Of a DNA stretch of 64,000 nucleotides, positions 1-11,509 are shown piece after piece (position 1 is the first letter of the stretch; the number at the start of each line of letters is the position of its first letter). The DNA lies in the IMG/VR virus record IMGVR_UViG_3300028591_000010, positions 1 to 64,000 of that record; one strand, given 5' to 3'. The position numbers and the translations under genes were made by a program. This stretch comes from a virus (taxonomy: Duplodnaviria; Caudoviricetes). The notes below the pieces were generated by a model. That model had not been told where the DNA came from and did no database searches. It saw nothing but the letters and a program-made list of their open reading frames with translations.

Positions 1-23
1 AAGAATAAAGAATTTAAACATAT

Positions 24-1547
24 ATGAATAATACTTTACTTAATAATCTCCAGCTGTATCGTGGACGTCGTTTCAGCGACCTGGTAGATGAGAACATGAT
101 TTCTAACGCTCTGCTGACCAAGCCTCATGAGGTATCTGGTCTGCTTTCACTGGTATTTGGTACTAAGGATGATGGTATTTCAACTACTATCGACCTGTTG
201 ACTGGTGGTCTGGGCAAGACTATGATTATTGAGAATCGTGAGTTTGAATGGAGTGTAATGGTTGACGCTGATCACGCTGTCAATATCCGCTGGGCTAAGT
301 GGAATGGTCAGGAGATCACATATTCTAACTATAACTCTATTACTCCTGGTTTGAACAATACTCCTATCTACCTGGCTCTCGAAGAGCGTTGGTTCGGTCC
401 TGGTGCAATTCTGTCGTTCGACGACTACAAGTTCCAGGTTCGTACAACTGGTCTTCCTTATCAGGATGGCAGCGCTTGGGTTTACGAGTGCTATGTTGTA
501 GATGGTTCACAGGCAGCTTATATTCCTGGTGAGTTCCTGATGCCTGGTCGTCAGGTAAGCCGTATCGGTTCTGCTTACGAGGAGTACAGTGATGAGGCTG
601 ATATCATCAACTATCAGACCCCATTCAAGATGCGCAATCATCTGCAGAATCTGCGTCTGACTTATGATATTACCGGTGATGCTTACAGCACAGTTCTGGC
701 TATCGCACTGAAGGATCCCGAGACTGGTAAGAGCTCTTATCTCTGGTCTGACTATCAGTACTGGAAGGCTCTACGTGAGTGGAAGAAGAGAGAGGAGACA
801 GCTCTCCTGTTCTCTAAGAGCAACCGTCTGAGCGATGGTACTTATATCAACAAGGGTACTAACGGTCGTCCTGTTCCTACGATGTCTGGTCTGTTCGAGC
901 AGATCTCTCCGGCTAACATCCGTTACTACACGACTCTTACAGCTGAGTTGTTCGAGGATTATCTGTTCGATCTCTGCTACAACATCCTGGGTACTAACGA
1001 GCGTAAGTTCGTTGCTCTGACCGGTGAGATGGGTATTCGTGAGTTCGACCGTATCCTGAAGGAGAAGGTTGCTAGCTTCAACCTGGTTGATAATATCTTT
1101 GTAACTGGTTCAGGTCAGAACCTGACTCTTGGTGGTCAGTTCACGACTTATAAGATGACTAACGGTATTGAGCTCTCTCTGAAGCGTTGTCCTATGTTCG
1201 ACAACATGGAGCTGTTCCGTCAGTTGCATCCTCTGACTGGTAAGCCACTGATGTCCTACACCTTCCTGTTTGTTAATATTAGCAACTTCGATGGTCAGGC
1301 TAACATCGTAAAGGTTTGTCGTAAGGGTCGTGAATTCGTTCAGTGGTACACTGGCGGTTCTGTAGCACCTAACGGTTATGCTAACAGCATCAACACTCTG
1401 CGTTCTAACAGCCGCGATGGTTACCAGGTTCACTTCCTTGGTGAAGTTGGTATCATGGTTCGTAACCCGCTGTCTTGCGGTATTCTGTACTGCGACGCTG
1501 AGGATACTGAAATTTCCAACAGTGGAATTCCTTCAGTTGGTGCGTAA
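24..1547 (+). CDS. Major capsid protein (crAss-like, HK97 fold)
   Basis: 507 aa with crAss MCP-like motifs (ENREFEW, GSAYEEYS, YWKALREWK, SNSRDGYQVHFLGEVG). No in-frame TAG, strongly biased codon usage, TAA stop, first gene of the structural module. Confidence 0.9.
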   Translation: MNNTLLNNLQLYRGRRFSDLVDENMISNALLTKPHEVSGLLSLVFGTKDDGISTTIDLLTGGLGKTMIIENREFEWSVMVDADHAVNIRWAKWNGQEITYSNYNSITPGLNNTPIYLALEERWFGPGAILSFDDYKFQVRTTGLPYQDGSAWVYECYVVDGSQAAYIPGEFLMPGRQVSRIGSAYEEYSDEADIINYQTPFKMRNHLQNLRLTYDITGDAYSTVLAIALKDPETGKSSYLWSDYQYWKALREWKKREETALLFSKSNRLSDGTYINKGTNGRPVPTMSGLFEQISPANIRYYTTLTAELFEDYLFDLCYNILGTNERKFVALTGEMGIREFDRILKEKVASFNLVDNIFVTGSGQNLTLGGQFTTYKMTNGIELSLKRCPMFDNMELFRQLHPLTGKPLMSYTFLFVNISNFDGQANIVKVCRKGREFVQWYTGGSVAPNGYANSINTLRSNSRDGYQVHFLGEVGIMVRNPLSCGILYCDAEDTEISNSGIPSVGA

Positions 1548-1564
1548 TATCTAATTAACACAAC

Positions 1565-1601
1565 ACGATCTCTTGGGGGCTTCGGCCCCCATACAGGTCG
1601 T
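1565..1601 (+). promoter_or_regulatory. Stable UUCG-tetraloop hairpin after the MCP gene (mRNA stabiliser or attenuator)
   Basis: GGGGGC-TTCG-GCCCCC (1575-1590), extendable by ACGATC/GGTCGT. No U-tract follows. Confidence 0.6.
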
Positions 1602-1623
1602 TATTACAACTCTAATGTAAATT

Positions 1624-2376
1624 ATGGTAGTTGAATTAAAAATTAAGAAGAAGAATCCCTGGATTGGGCTGATCAAGTATAAGAATTGTTTTGATTATAT
1701 TGCTCCTTATTTTACAAGATCCGGGTCGATATATACGGGTCTCACCCCAGAAGATGAGAAATATTTTGAGAAAGCTTTGGGTTATGAGGAAGGTCACCTC
1801 TCAAAGACGTCAGACTTTTGGCAGACATTCTGTGTAAAAGTAGGTACGCGTACGTTGCTGTTAGATGATTCTATTCCTCGTCAGGCTATGATTATTAAGT
1901 TCCTTAGCGGACATAAGCGTGTTGCTACGTCTCTCGATAAACTTGATGCAGGTAAAGACTATCTGTTGATCAATCGTGAGGCTGAAGCAGTAGAACAGAA
2001 CAAGCAGAATAAATTGCGTAGAGATGCTATCAAAGAGTTTGATAAACTGTCACTCGATCAGATGCGTCAGTGCTTACGCCTATTTGGTATGTCTTCAGAC
2101 CGTATGTCTAATGAACTCGTAGAATCTACATTGTTTAACTTGGTTGATAAGCAACCTAAGAAGTTCTTCGATAAGTGGGTTAATAATAAGTCTAAGGATA
2201 CTGAATACTTGCTTGAACAGGCCATTGCTAAAGGTGTAATTCGTAAAGACAAGACGCATTATTTTTATGGCACTGATATGTTTGCTGATTCGCTTGATGA
2301 TGCTATTGGATACTTAGACAGCAAAAAGAACCAAGATCTGAAGCTTGCAATCATAAACGAGACAAACAATAAGTGA
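1624..2376 (+). CDS. Conserved crAss-like protein immediately downstream of MCP (function unknown)
   Basis: 250 aa ORF without TAG, in the conserved position after MCP in the crAss capsid module. Confidence 0.75.
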   Translation: MVVELKIKKKNPWIGLIKYKNCFDYIAPYFTRSGSIYTGLTPEDEKYFEKALGYEEGHLSKTSDFWQTFCVKVGTRTLLLDDSIPRQAMIIKFLSGHKRVATSLDKLDAGKDYLLINREAEAVEQNKQNKLRRDAIKEFDKLSLDQMRQCLRLFGMSSDRMSNELVESTLFNLVDKQPKKFFDKWVNNKSKDTEYLLEQAIAKGVIRKDKTHYFYGTDMFADSLDDAIGYLDSKKNQDLKLAIINETNNK

Positions 2377-2398
2377 TATAATCACAAAAGAATGAGAT

Positions 2399-3994
2399 AT
2401 GACGCATAACAAGATATATACTAAATTCATGATAGAATATGACAAGGCAAATGTTACTTCGTCATATCCATCCCTTACAAAGTATGAAGCTGCGACTCTA
2501 TTAGACAGAGCGTATCTTGCTTTGATTTCAAGGAAACTTACGGGTAATAATACCCGTAGAGTTCCTTTCGAATATGATACAAAAGCAATAGAAGACTTAA
2601 GACCTCTTGTAACAACTAAGAGATTTGAGCAGAAAGGTGGTTCTAATATTGTACTAAATGAATATAAGTTTGGAATGCCAGATGATCTCTTATATTATAT
2701 AGAAGGTGTTGCTAATTATGGTTCAGAAAGAGAAATAGTACTTCCTGTAAATCATCAAATAGCTAGAAAGTTTAAGTATACTAATAGCAATATTCCTTGG
2801 GTTAATCACCCAGTATCTTATATAGAAGGATCTGAAATATATGTACTTATAGATCCGTTCTTACATACAAGTAGTCCAGATTTAGATGGTACTTATATAA
2901 AGAAACCCGCTAGTTTTGTAGTGTCTCTTAAGAAGATAGAAGACGATAACAATGACGGAAATAATTCTGGAGACAATGATGATGGTGGCGATAATAATGG
3001 AGGAGGAAATGATTCCGGAGGAGATAATGGCGGAGGTAATTCTGGAGGAGATGATCAAACTACAGTAACACCTCCAGTTATAACACCAGATGATCTTACT
3101 TTTGCAAACGTTCTTTACGTTAATATAACAGCTGCTAAAGCAGATCATATTGTCTATAGAGTGAATAATGGCACATGGAATGAATACACATGGCCTATAA
3201 CTATAACAGAAACGTCTACTATAGAAGCATACGTTGTATTAAATAATATTGTTAGTAGTACAGTAACTAAAACTTATACTAAACAATAGCAGCAACAGAC
3301 AACAATTAATCCTCCTAGACTTGTTGGTGCTACTTCGTTTATTGACAATACATACGTAGCCATGTATGCAGATGAAGGGTGCCAAATCAAATATACGAAA
3401 GATGGTAGCGATCCATTAACGTCTACTACGGTAAGTATTTATTCTGGATAGATAAAGATAGAAGAAACTACAATTATAAAAGCTGTTGCATGGAAAGACG
3501 ATCATCACAGTAAAGTAGTAACGTAGACTTATGTTAAACAATAGTTAGATTCGTCAACCACACCTACTGTTATTATAGAACAATGTAAATATGTACCGGC
3601 TAGTTCAAATCAGGCAGAAAGTATCTATATTAAACATCAAGTGAATTTAAATAATGTCGGTGTTCGTGTATATTTACACACAATGATTACTGACGACAAT
3701 AAGACGCAGCATGGAGAAATTATTCCTATAATATACGATGTGGAAAGCAAAGTATATGAATAGCTTTTGCCTTATACAAACGGCGATAAAAAAGTAAGAA
3801 TAAGATTGCGTGGTAGAGATAATGACATATTATATAGTGAAGTTTTTGCAGATATAACTGACTTGCCATCTAACGCTCCAGAAGCACCAGATCCAGAAGA
3901 AGGATTCGATTACGATCCATCTGCACCAACATTAGAAGAACTTACATCAAACGTATTAGGCGAAGCTACGCTTGGCGAAATAATATTACAATAA
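2399..3994 (+). CDS. Tail ring protein N-terminal part fused to a Gly/Asp/Asn linker and two Fn3-associated/CHB_HEX_C-like domains (TAG=Gln, 531 aa)
   Basis: Fragments 2399-3289 and 3767-3994 share a frame and are separated only by 5 TAGs. Ring motifs FEYDTKAIEDL and YIKKP, then IKYTKDGSDP...IEETTIIKAVAW. TAA stop. Confidence 0.75.
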
Positions 3995-3997
3995 TAT

Positions 3998-5587
3998 ATG
4001 GATAAATTAAACTTAACATTTAAAGAGGGAGATGTTTTACATGCATCTTCATTGACATCTATTGTACAGACTCTCAATAGTGTAATAGACAATATAAATA
4101 CTGCGATCGAGAGTATTTCGTCTGGAAGCGCAGCAGCTACGTATGATTATACTTTCGAATTTCACGAAGGTTACTCATTAGGATACAATCTTGTTATTCG
4201 TAAATATCAGGATGGTAAAACATACAGAGAAAAAGTAGTTCCTTATTATGAAAGCGTGACCACGATGGAAAATGCTTTAAAGGAGAAAGGTCTTTGTACA
4301 TCGTTTAATCTTACTGTGAAAGTTTAGGAAAGAACTACAGATGGCGAACTTAGTTTTACAACAGAAGGAAATCCTAAATTTATACGATGCGGAACTGATA
4401 TTCAAAATAATGGTTGGAAATTATCAGAAGGAACCAAAGCCGGACAAGGTAAAGGTTCTTTCGAATATATTCAAAGTCATTACTACTACAGTGCAGGAAG
4501 AAAACCTTGGAACGAAGGTCTTGATATAGGTGATGACAATGTCGTATATAATCCTCCTACAGAGTTTGAAGTTTATTCTAATCCAAAAATATACAAGATA
4601 ACACCGTGGTCAAGTAGTATGGACGGAATAGAATTTAATGTGGCAGAAAATGTCGAAGGTCTTAGTCTTATTAAAGCGATAAGAAATACTCTTACGACTA
4701 CTGTAGATAATGTACCTTCTACTTATACTCATGATACATATGTACACGTAGCAAAGGACAACATTCTTATGGAAGGATTTACTGTATTTAGAAGTTCTGA
4801 ATTAGATTGGAGTAAATTTATAGATCTGACTACTGTTGGAAACGAAACCAGCCCGAACATTATATTTGGAAATAACTTCAATTTTGATAGATGGTGTCGT
4901 GCGTATTTAAGTGATCCAGAATACTATCCAGATCCTTCTAATGGTTCTTACAGAGGGTATGTAAAATATTTTAAGAGAAATCCAAAAACTGGACAAGGAG
5001 GTTATGATTTTCTATAGGACGGAAATATAACTTTGAATAAAGGTGATATTTTTGTATACTTTAAAAAGAAAGAAAATATAGTTGGCACAAGAATTAATCC
5101 TACAGCAAAAATCTATATAGATGACATATGGATTAATCCTAGAGATTATGGTTGGGAAGGAGATACTTGGTAGTTTAACGCGTGTATAGATTTTATTATG
5201 TACGCCGCTCACAACGATCTCATAGGTTCTGATGGAAACATATATAGAGATGTCGATACAATTCCTGAAGGAATTACTACTATTCCAGCATGGATAAGTT
5301 ATTATGATTAGGCACATCACCTTCCAGATGGCACTATAATAGGTGTACTGGATGATGTAAACAACATTTATACTCCAAGTAAACCAAATGTTCATTATCA
5401 CGGAAAGTGGGTTAGACAATACAATTCGCTTGTAGGCACTGTACCTACTCATATATATACTATTCCTTGGGAAGAATATGTGTATAAATCAAATGGGGAA
5501 AGATGCAATAGATTTGGTGGAGATAACTACGAAATAATGGCCTTTTGTGCTAATCAAAAGATCGAGTTTAAAAATATCCAATTCTGA
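3998..5587 (+). CDS. Putative fiber/receptor-binding-like protein (TAG=Gln, 529 aa)
   Basis: Fragments 3998-4327 and 4619-5017 are in one frame, continuous through 4 TAGs to TGA 5585-5587. N-terminal FKEGDVLHA...LNSV motif resembles phage fiber N-termini. Function is inferred. Confidence 0.65.
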
Positions 5588-5736
5588 TGAAGTACGAATT
5601 TAGTGATACAGTTCAGTTCGAACTGTCAGATACAATGGCAGAAGAGCTTATAAGTCTTGCTGTAGCTATGGCACTTGAGAACGTAGAGTCTACTAGATTA
5701 CAAACTAAACTATCAACATTACCACTTGAAGGATGA
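5587..5736 (+). CDS. Separately encoded C-terminal helix of the tail ring protein (49 aa)
   Basis: MKYEFSDTVQFELSDTMAEELISLAVAMALENVESTRLQTKLSTLPLEG matches the C-termini of the two downstream ring paralogs. TGATG overlap upstream, ATGA overlap downstream. Confidence 0.7.
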   Translation: MKYEFSDTVQFELSDTMAEELISLAVAMALENVESTRLQTKLSTLPLEG

Positions 5737-6467
5737 GTTTAAAAGAAACAAGACAGCTTGGTATAGAGTTTGAACGTAGGGTACAGACTATGATACCTGA
5801 GACAGAGATTGTTTCAAAGCTGGACACTGACACTATATATTCTTTCTTAAACTAGTATCAAGATAAGTTTATAAGAGATATATATAAAGTGATGGACAAT
5901 ATCCCTACTCCTTCAAAGCCATCTAGCTATGTTGAGTCTATTATACAAGATTTAATTGTACATAAGAAATATACAGTTAATTCTAAGAATAATTAGTTCT
6001 CTATAGAAGTTCCTGATGATTTTGGATTGTATATCGATAGCACCACAAGCGTTAAAGATTCTAGTAGATATAAGACTTACGATAAAGGTTCTTTTAACGG
6101 CAATGGAGAGCTTCCTGTTACGCTTGTGTCTAAAACTAAGGCTCAAGAGTTTATTACTAGGCCATAGGATAATATGCGTATAATGAGGCAACCTATTGCA
6201 TTCTTGGATGGAAACGATAAGACTGGATATATTAAAGTGTATCATGATAGATATACAAAACCAGAATATTTCAATCTGTCTTATTATAGATATCCTAGAT
6301 ATATGAAACTTGCTTCAGGATCAGAATGCGAACTCGATCCGAAAGTATTCGATGATCTTGTAACTGGAGCAGTAGATTTATATGTATAGTATGTTGCTGG
6401 TGCTGAGGCTAGAAAGAGGTAGATGTCAGAACAGTAGAAACGAAACAATAAGGAGGATGAACAATGA
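5733..6467 (+). CDS. Tail ring protein paralog (TAG=Gln, 244 aa)
   Basis: MSLKETRQLGIEFERR...YYRYP...CELDPKVFDDLVTGAVDLY. Contains fragment 6174-6389. ATGA overlaps at both ends. Confidence 0.75.
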
Positions 6468-7207
6468 TAGGTGTAGATATACTAACAGCGTTTGAACTTG
6501 AGATAAACAAGATCAACGATACATTAGAGAAGCCTCTAACAGACGATTCGTTATACTGGCTTAATCAGGCTATAGTAAAGTTTACCAAAGATAGGTTTAA
6601 TGGTAACGCTCCTAAACGTACATCTTATGAATAGAACGAGAAACGTACAAGAGATTTGATAAACCTGTTTAGAAGTATAGATATTGAACCAGAAGAAGTT
6701 TTACAGCAAGCTGGTACTAAAGGAGGTCATCCTTACTATGTACACGTTAAAGGTCCTGAATAGCACGAAAGTTATGATGCATACGTATATAATTATCCAA
6801 CAGATATGATGTTCGTTCTCAGTGAAGATGTAGTTATATCTGACTTTGATGATAATTATAAGATGGATACGTGCGTGTTTGAATGTACGGCCGATAGTTT
6901 CATGTATAGAGTAAACAATAAGCTTACAGACTTTCACTATCGCTTTCATAGAGCAAGACCTCTCCGTATAAGAACCAAAGAGGGATTTAAGCTTCTTACT
7001 GATAAGAAATATAAGATTAATAGATATACTCTGGGCTACCTTAAGGTCCCAGAAGAAATAACAAGTGAAGATCCTTTTAAAGAATATAAGGACTTCGAAG
7101 ATTACACTTGGTTGGAAATAATTAAGATAGCCGCATAGATGTATGTAGAGAATCAATCAGATCCTCGCTACAAGACTATCACACAAGAAGTTCTAACACA
7201 AGAATAA
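6464..7207 (+). CDS. Tail ring protein paralog (TAG=Gln, 247 aa)
   Basis: WLNQA...SYE(TAG)NEKRTRDL...YLKVP...EIIKIAA(TAG)MYVEN. Contains fragment 6806-7138. TAA stop. Confidence 0.8.
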
Positions 7208-7283
7208 TTTTTAACGTGGAAACCCCAGCTAGTTAGGTCTAGCCTTAGAAATAGAGGGGGAGTAGAAAAAAATTAAATAAATT

Positions 7284-8492
7284 ATGGTAAATTATGTAAA
7301 TACTGTGCTCGTTAGCAATCTGTCTTCGGGCGCCGTTTTGAGTGCAGCTCCTGCAGCAGCTGCTAGTTTGAATGCTGCTTCTGATGATGCTGGTAAGTTC
7401 ATTCTGATGAACTGTGATCCTAATGTAGATTCTAACAAGATCTACGAGGTTACCGCTGCTAATGCTGCTAACATCAACACAATTAAGGTTGGTATCGTTA
7501 CAAAGAAGAACTCTGTTCTCCGTAATGCAGACGGTACTGTTACTTATACTCCAATCGTAAAGTGGTCAAACGAAATCAAAGCTGCTGATATTAAGAGTTA
7601 CAACGCTCTGACATACGCTGCTGACACTGAGGATTGTGTATACATCGACCTCAACAGTCTGACGGATATTGTCGGTAACGGCAATAGCGCTAAGGCCGGC
7701 ATTCGTGTTATCGTTCGTCTGACTTACAAGGATATGCCCCACCGTTATCGTAAGTGGACTGAGAGCTATGAGTATGTAACTGCACAGGGTGATACTAAGG
7801 CTAAGATTGCTGAAGGTATTGCTAAGATAATCAATAAGGAGTGGAAGCGCGCTCGCGTTCAGGCTACTCAGGGTACTGTTACTCTGTCTTCTGGCGCATT
7901 TGCAAGCTTCTCTTCTAGCAATTCCGGTACAGGTGTTAAGATTGAGGCCCTGCCTTACGACGATGACGACAGCGTAGATTCACTGAACTGGGCTAACAAG
8001 GTTCGCTTCAATGCAAACATCTACTGGACCGATCCTTCTGCTGAAGGTTGGGAGTCTCTGAATAAGCACTTCCCGAAGGGCGCTGCTGTTGTTAAGGTTC
8101 CTGGTCAGACATATCCTGCTTCTGCTAAGCTCGTCCGTGATCGTGAGAGCTGGGCTATGGGTTATCTGGGAATCCTGAACCGTGGTGAAGGTACGTGGCC
8201 TATCATCAAGCCTGCTATGGAGACCGATCTGACTGCGCACTACGATGCTCTTACTCTCGAGTTTGAGAATATGTATCGTGCAGCTGATGATATCCAGCGC
8301 AAGACGAAGCAGACCCTTGAAGTCTATGGTAAGACTGGTCAGCTGAGTGATATCAAGGCTATCCTTGACGCATTTGTAGAGGGTGTTGTTTCAAGCTCTG
8401 ATGCTGCACAGAATGCTGCTCTTGATCCTACTGTAGAAGGATCTCTTGCTGCTCGTGTTGCTGCTCTCGAGACTACTGTTAGCAACCTTTAA
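7284..8492 (+). CDS. Auxiliary capsid protein (crAss001 gp36-like)
   Basis: 402 aa, no TAG, MCP-like codon bias, motifs VRDRE..AMGYLG and YDALTLEFEN.Y, position after the ring genes. Confidence 0.7.
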   Translation: MVNYVNTVLVSNLSSGAVLSAAPAAAASLNAASDDAGKFILMNCDPNVDSNKIYEVTAANAANINTIKVGIVTKKNSVLRNADGTVTYTPIVKWSNEIKAADIKSYNALTYAADTEDCVYIDLNSLTDIVGNGNSAKAGIRVIVRLTYKDMPHRYRKWTESYEYVTAQGDTKAKIAEGIAKIINKEWKRARVQATQGTVTLSSGAFASFSSSNSGTGVKIEALPYDDDDSVDSLNWANKVRFNANIYWTDPSAEGWESLNKHFPKGAAVVKVPGQTYPASAKLVRDRESWAMGYLGILNRGEGTWPIIKPAMETDLTAHYDALTLEFENMYRAADDIQRKTKQTLEVYGKTGQLSDIKAILDAFVEGVVSSSDAAQNAALDPTVEGSLAARVAALETTVSNL

Positions 8493-8509
8493 TTAAACTA
8501 ACGATATAA

Positions 8510-8548
8510 GACTAGGGGTGGGGCAACTGCCCTATTCCTAGTTTTTTA
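8510..8548 (+). terminator. Rho-independent terminator
   Basis: GACTAGGGGTGGG...CCTATTCCTAGTT stem followed by a T run. Confidence 0.8.
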
Positions 8549-8562
8549 TTAAACAACAGCTT

Positions 8563-9462
8563 ATGGAAACAAAGAAGATTAGAATTGGAAACGACATAAG
8601 GCTTGCTGTGGACCTTCGTTAGTATATCAAAGATAAAAATCCGTATCTCTACGAAAGACGTGTGTATTTTCCAGGAGACGATGAGTTTGAACGCTTAGAT
8701 GACAATGAGTTTGTAAATAAGAAGACAGAACTCTATTATCCACCTCTTTATGATGAGGATGACGATAATCAGAATGGATCTGGAATTGCTTTTGATCCTA
8801 GTAATATACATCTTTGTATAAGAGAGGTAAAGGCAATATTAATAAACACGTCGCTTTAGAAGAAGCTAATCGATAAGCATAGAAAAGAAAGTAGATTTAT
8901 CGGTAGATTTCCTGTAGAACCTGGAATTCCTCCATTCTATCCTACACATCACGATCTGTGTTGTAGCGGATTTCCTGGATGGAGAGCTTATCCTGGCTTC
9001 GGAGTATATCCTCACTGGGGAGCTTTGTATCATCGCATGCCTAAAGTAAACCCTGTAGAATACTAGGCAGAAGCAATGGCTACTAACAAACAAAACGTTG
9101 TAGAAGTTATGTTTCCAGCTGAAGCTCAGCTTTATACAGGAAAATATAAGCTCGTTATTGTTGCAAAAGTATTTGCTCCAGGTTTTAACAATAAAAACCT
9201 CAAAACAATAACGCTCGATGTTCCAGATGTATTTGAACTCGTTGGTTCTACAGAAGAAGGTATAGATACTGGATTTAAGATTAACGTTTCAGAAGTAATA
9301 GATATTCTTCCAGATGAGAATTACTTCTATACTCCACCTGAGTTAGATGTATTCGTAAATGAAGGAGAGATTGGAGACAACCACTTATTGCTCAATAGAA
9401 CAGACAGTAATGTCGTAGATGTAGACTTGAGTAGCGTAGTTGGTTGGCATGATGAAAATTGA
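8563..9462 (+). CDS. Hypothetical virion-module protein (TAG=Gln, 299 aa)
   Basis: Starts METKKIRIGNDIRL and joins fragments 8662-8859 and 9076-9462 in frame through TAGs. TGA stop. Confidence 0.7.
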
Positions 9463-9465
9463 CCT

Positions 9466-9753
9466 ATGGAAAAGTGGAAAGATATTACTCAGTATAGTAC
9501 AGCTGTAACAGCCTTTTTAAGTGGTGTTGCGCTGGCGTTTATACAGTATTTTGAAACTGGCGATCTTACCAGCGGAGTGTTAGGTTATGTTGCTCAGGTA
9601 TTAGTATATGCTGCTGGTATCTTTGGAGTAACGATGTATTGGAATGGAAAGTATCGTGAGACGATGAACGTCTTGGATAACAGATATAAACGATTAGAGA
9701 AAGCGATAAATGATAGGAACAACACTGACGTGGTTAGTGGTCCATCGAAATAA
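9466..9753 (+). CDS. Holin-like membrane protein
   Basis: 95 aa, two hydrophobic helices and a charged C-terminus, next to a spanin-like gene. Confidence 0.6.
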   Translation: MEKWKDITQYSTAVTAFLSGVALAFIQYFETGDLTSGVLGYVAQVLVYAAGIFGVTMYWNGKYRETMNVLDNRYKRLEKAINDRNNTDVVSGPSK

Positions 9754-10342
9754 GCTCGTAAAGGCCATTTTAGGCCTCTCTGTGGGCATTTTATTAGCTT
9801 GGGGGATAATGCTAAGCAAACAGAATAAAAAGCTGTCAGAAAGCCTAGAAAGGGCTTAGAATAACATTGAGGCCTATTAGGGCTCCTTATAGGGGTCCTA
9901 GTAGGCTAATAATGTTTTAAGGCTTACCGTAGATGAGCTACAAACCTATAATGATAAATTAGTTCATCAGCTTGATAGTGTTAGGGAAAAACTCAAAATA
10001 AAACCCAAACACGTTCATACTGCTGCAACTTAGACGTAGTTTATAAACGTTATATAGACTGTAGAGAATGATAGTACTTATAACGGTACTATAAATTTTA
10101 ATGATTTAACTACTGCTAACTATAGTATATCTAAAGATAGTGTTACTATAGGTTTAGATATAAGAAATACTTAGTACTTGTATGTATTTGGAGATAGACA
10201 CTATAAGAACAAAAAGAACTTCTTCTAGAGACTATTTACTTGGGATTTTAAGAAAGTAACTACATATGAGTATGTAATAGAAAATACTAACGATCTCATA
10301 CAAACAGATAGTGTGAGAGTTATAGAATTAACAGAAAAATAA
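9710..10342 (+). CDS. Spanin-like membrane-anchored coiled-coil protein (TAG=Gln, 210 aa)
   Basis: Absent from the ORF track because of many TAGs. N-terminal TM segment (AILGLSVGILLAWGIML) then a coiled coil. TAATG overlap with the next gene. Confidence 0.6.
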
Positions 10343-11076
10343 TGGCGAAGATTTCATTGAAGACTATAACCGATGATATCCTTCTCCTAGTAAGAAACAA
10401 CAACATAAGTGAGAGCGAAGACCTTTCTAGATCTCAGATTCATGCTTGGATAAAGGCATATAAGAATCAGATATGGAAAGAGTATCAAGATCGTAAAAAG
10501 TAGCTTGCTTTTTAGCAAGGATGGGATGCTGAGGACATTGCCGACGACGAGTTCTTTAAAGTCATAGAAGTAGGTCCTTTGGAGCTTGAAGAGGTTAAGT
10601 CTAATTCAGAAATCCCCATACATACAAAACGAACTGTAGAGCCTCTTGCAGATGTCTATGACAATGCTGCAGCTAGTATTCTTGCCATACATGATTAGTA
10701 GGGCGAGAATATTTAGTATATGGATCATATCAGAAGACATTATAATTACTGGAGAAAATATACGTTCGGAGAGCTTACTGCTCATTATAAAGACGACGGT
10801 CATGTATACATACAAGGACTTGTAGATGGAGGAGAACTTGATTATATCTATGTACTGTATTTGATGGAAGTACCTGATGATACAGCTGATGGAGATGGAG
10901 AAGATGATCCAGCAGACGAAGATGATGTACAGATTCCAGCATGGATGATTCCTCCTATCAAGGAACGTATAATAAAGAATGAGCTTGCATTCATGCTCAA
11001 TAGACCGTCTGATGATAGCAATAATGCTACCTTGGCTTCTGTCAAGCCACATGGACCACAAGATGATGAAGAGTAA
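10342..11076 (+). CDS. Tail ring/tubular protein (TAG=Gln, 244 aa)
   Basis: MAKISLKTITDDILLLVRNNNISESEDLSRSQIHAWI...IPAWMIPPIK...PSDDSNN. Includes fragment 10720-11076. Confidence 0.7.
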
Positions 11077-11509
11077 ACAATCGGTGACATTTAGAGATAT
11101 GTACCGTATGAAGCCAATAGAGGCTGATTACGGGCTCTACAAGCGCGTTTTAGACGAGATGTGTAATGTTATCCTAGAATACGTACTAATGCGCTCAGAA
11201 GGCTTTAAAATGCCTTATGGACTAGGTTTTATACAGATAGGTAAGTATAGACCTAAAGCACTTATAGAGCAATCTCTATCTGTTGATTATAAAGCTAGTA
11301 AAGAATACGATAAACGTATATTCCACCTCAATGAACACTCTGATGGGTATAAGTATAGATTATACTGGTCTAAACTCCCTAGAACATTCCCTGACAGATA
11401 TAAATATTAGCTGTCTTTAGTAAGGTAGAATAAACGCAAACTAGCACAACTTATCTTTAATAAACAAGATTATTTAGACATAAATGATATACAATTATAC
11501 AAAGTGTGA
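11063..11509 (+). CDS. HU/IHF-like small basic protein of the crAss tail module (TAG=Gln, 148 aa)
   Basis: FKMPYGLGFIQIGK HU/IHF-like arm motif and HLNEHSDGYKY. Extends past TAG 11408-11410 to TGA 11509. Confidence 0.55.

Noticed and set aside
4341-4529. 62-aa + strand ORF
   Set aside because: Out of frame and nested inside the recoded gene 3998-5587.
2920-5586. Group I/II intron or homing-endonuclease insertion in the ring gene
   Set aside because: The insert is fully coding for structural-type domains. I saw no intron core, HNH/LAGLIDADG/GIY-YIG or RT motifs, though splicing is not excluded without RNA data.
10979-11062. Upstream start of the HU/IHF-like ORF given in the track
   Set aside because: It overlaps the previous gene by ~100 nt. 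The ATG at 11063 gives the usual short overlap.
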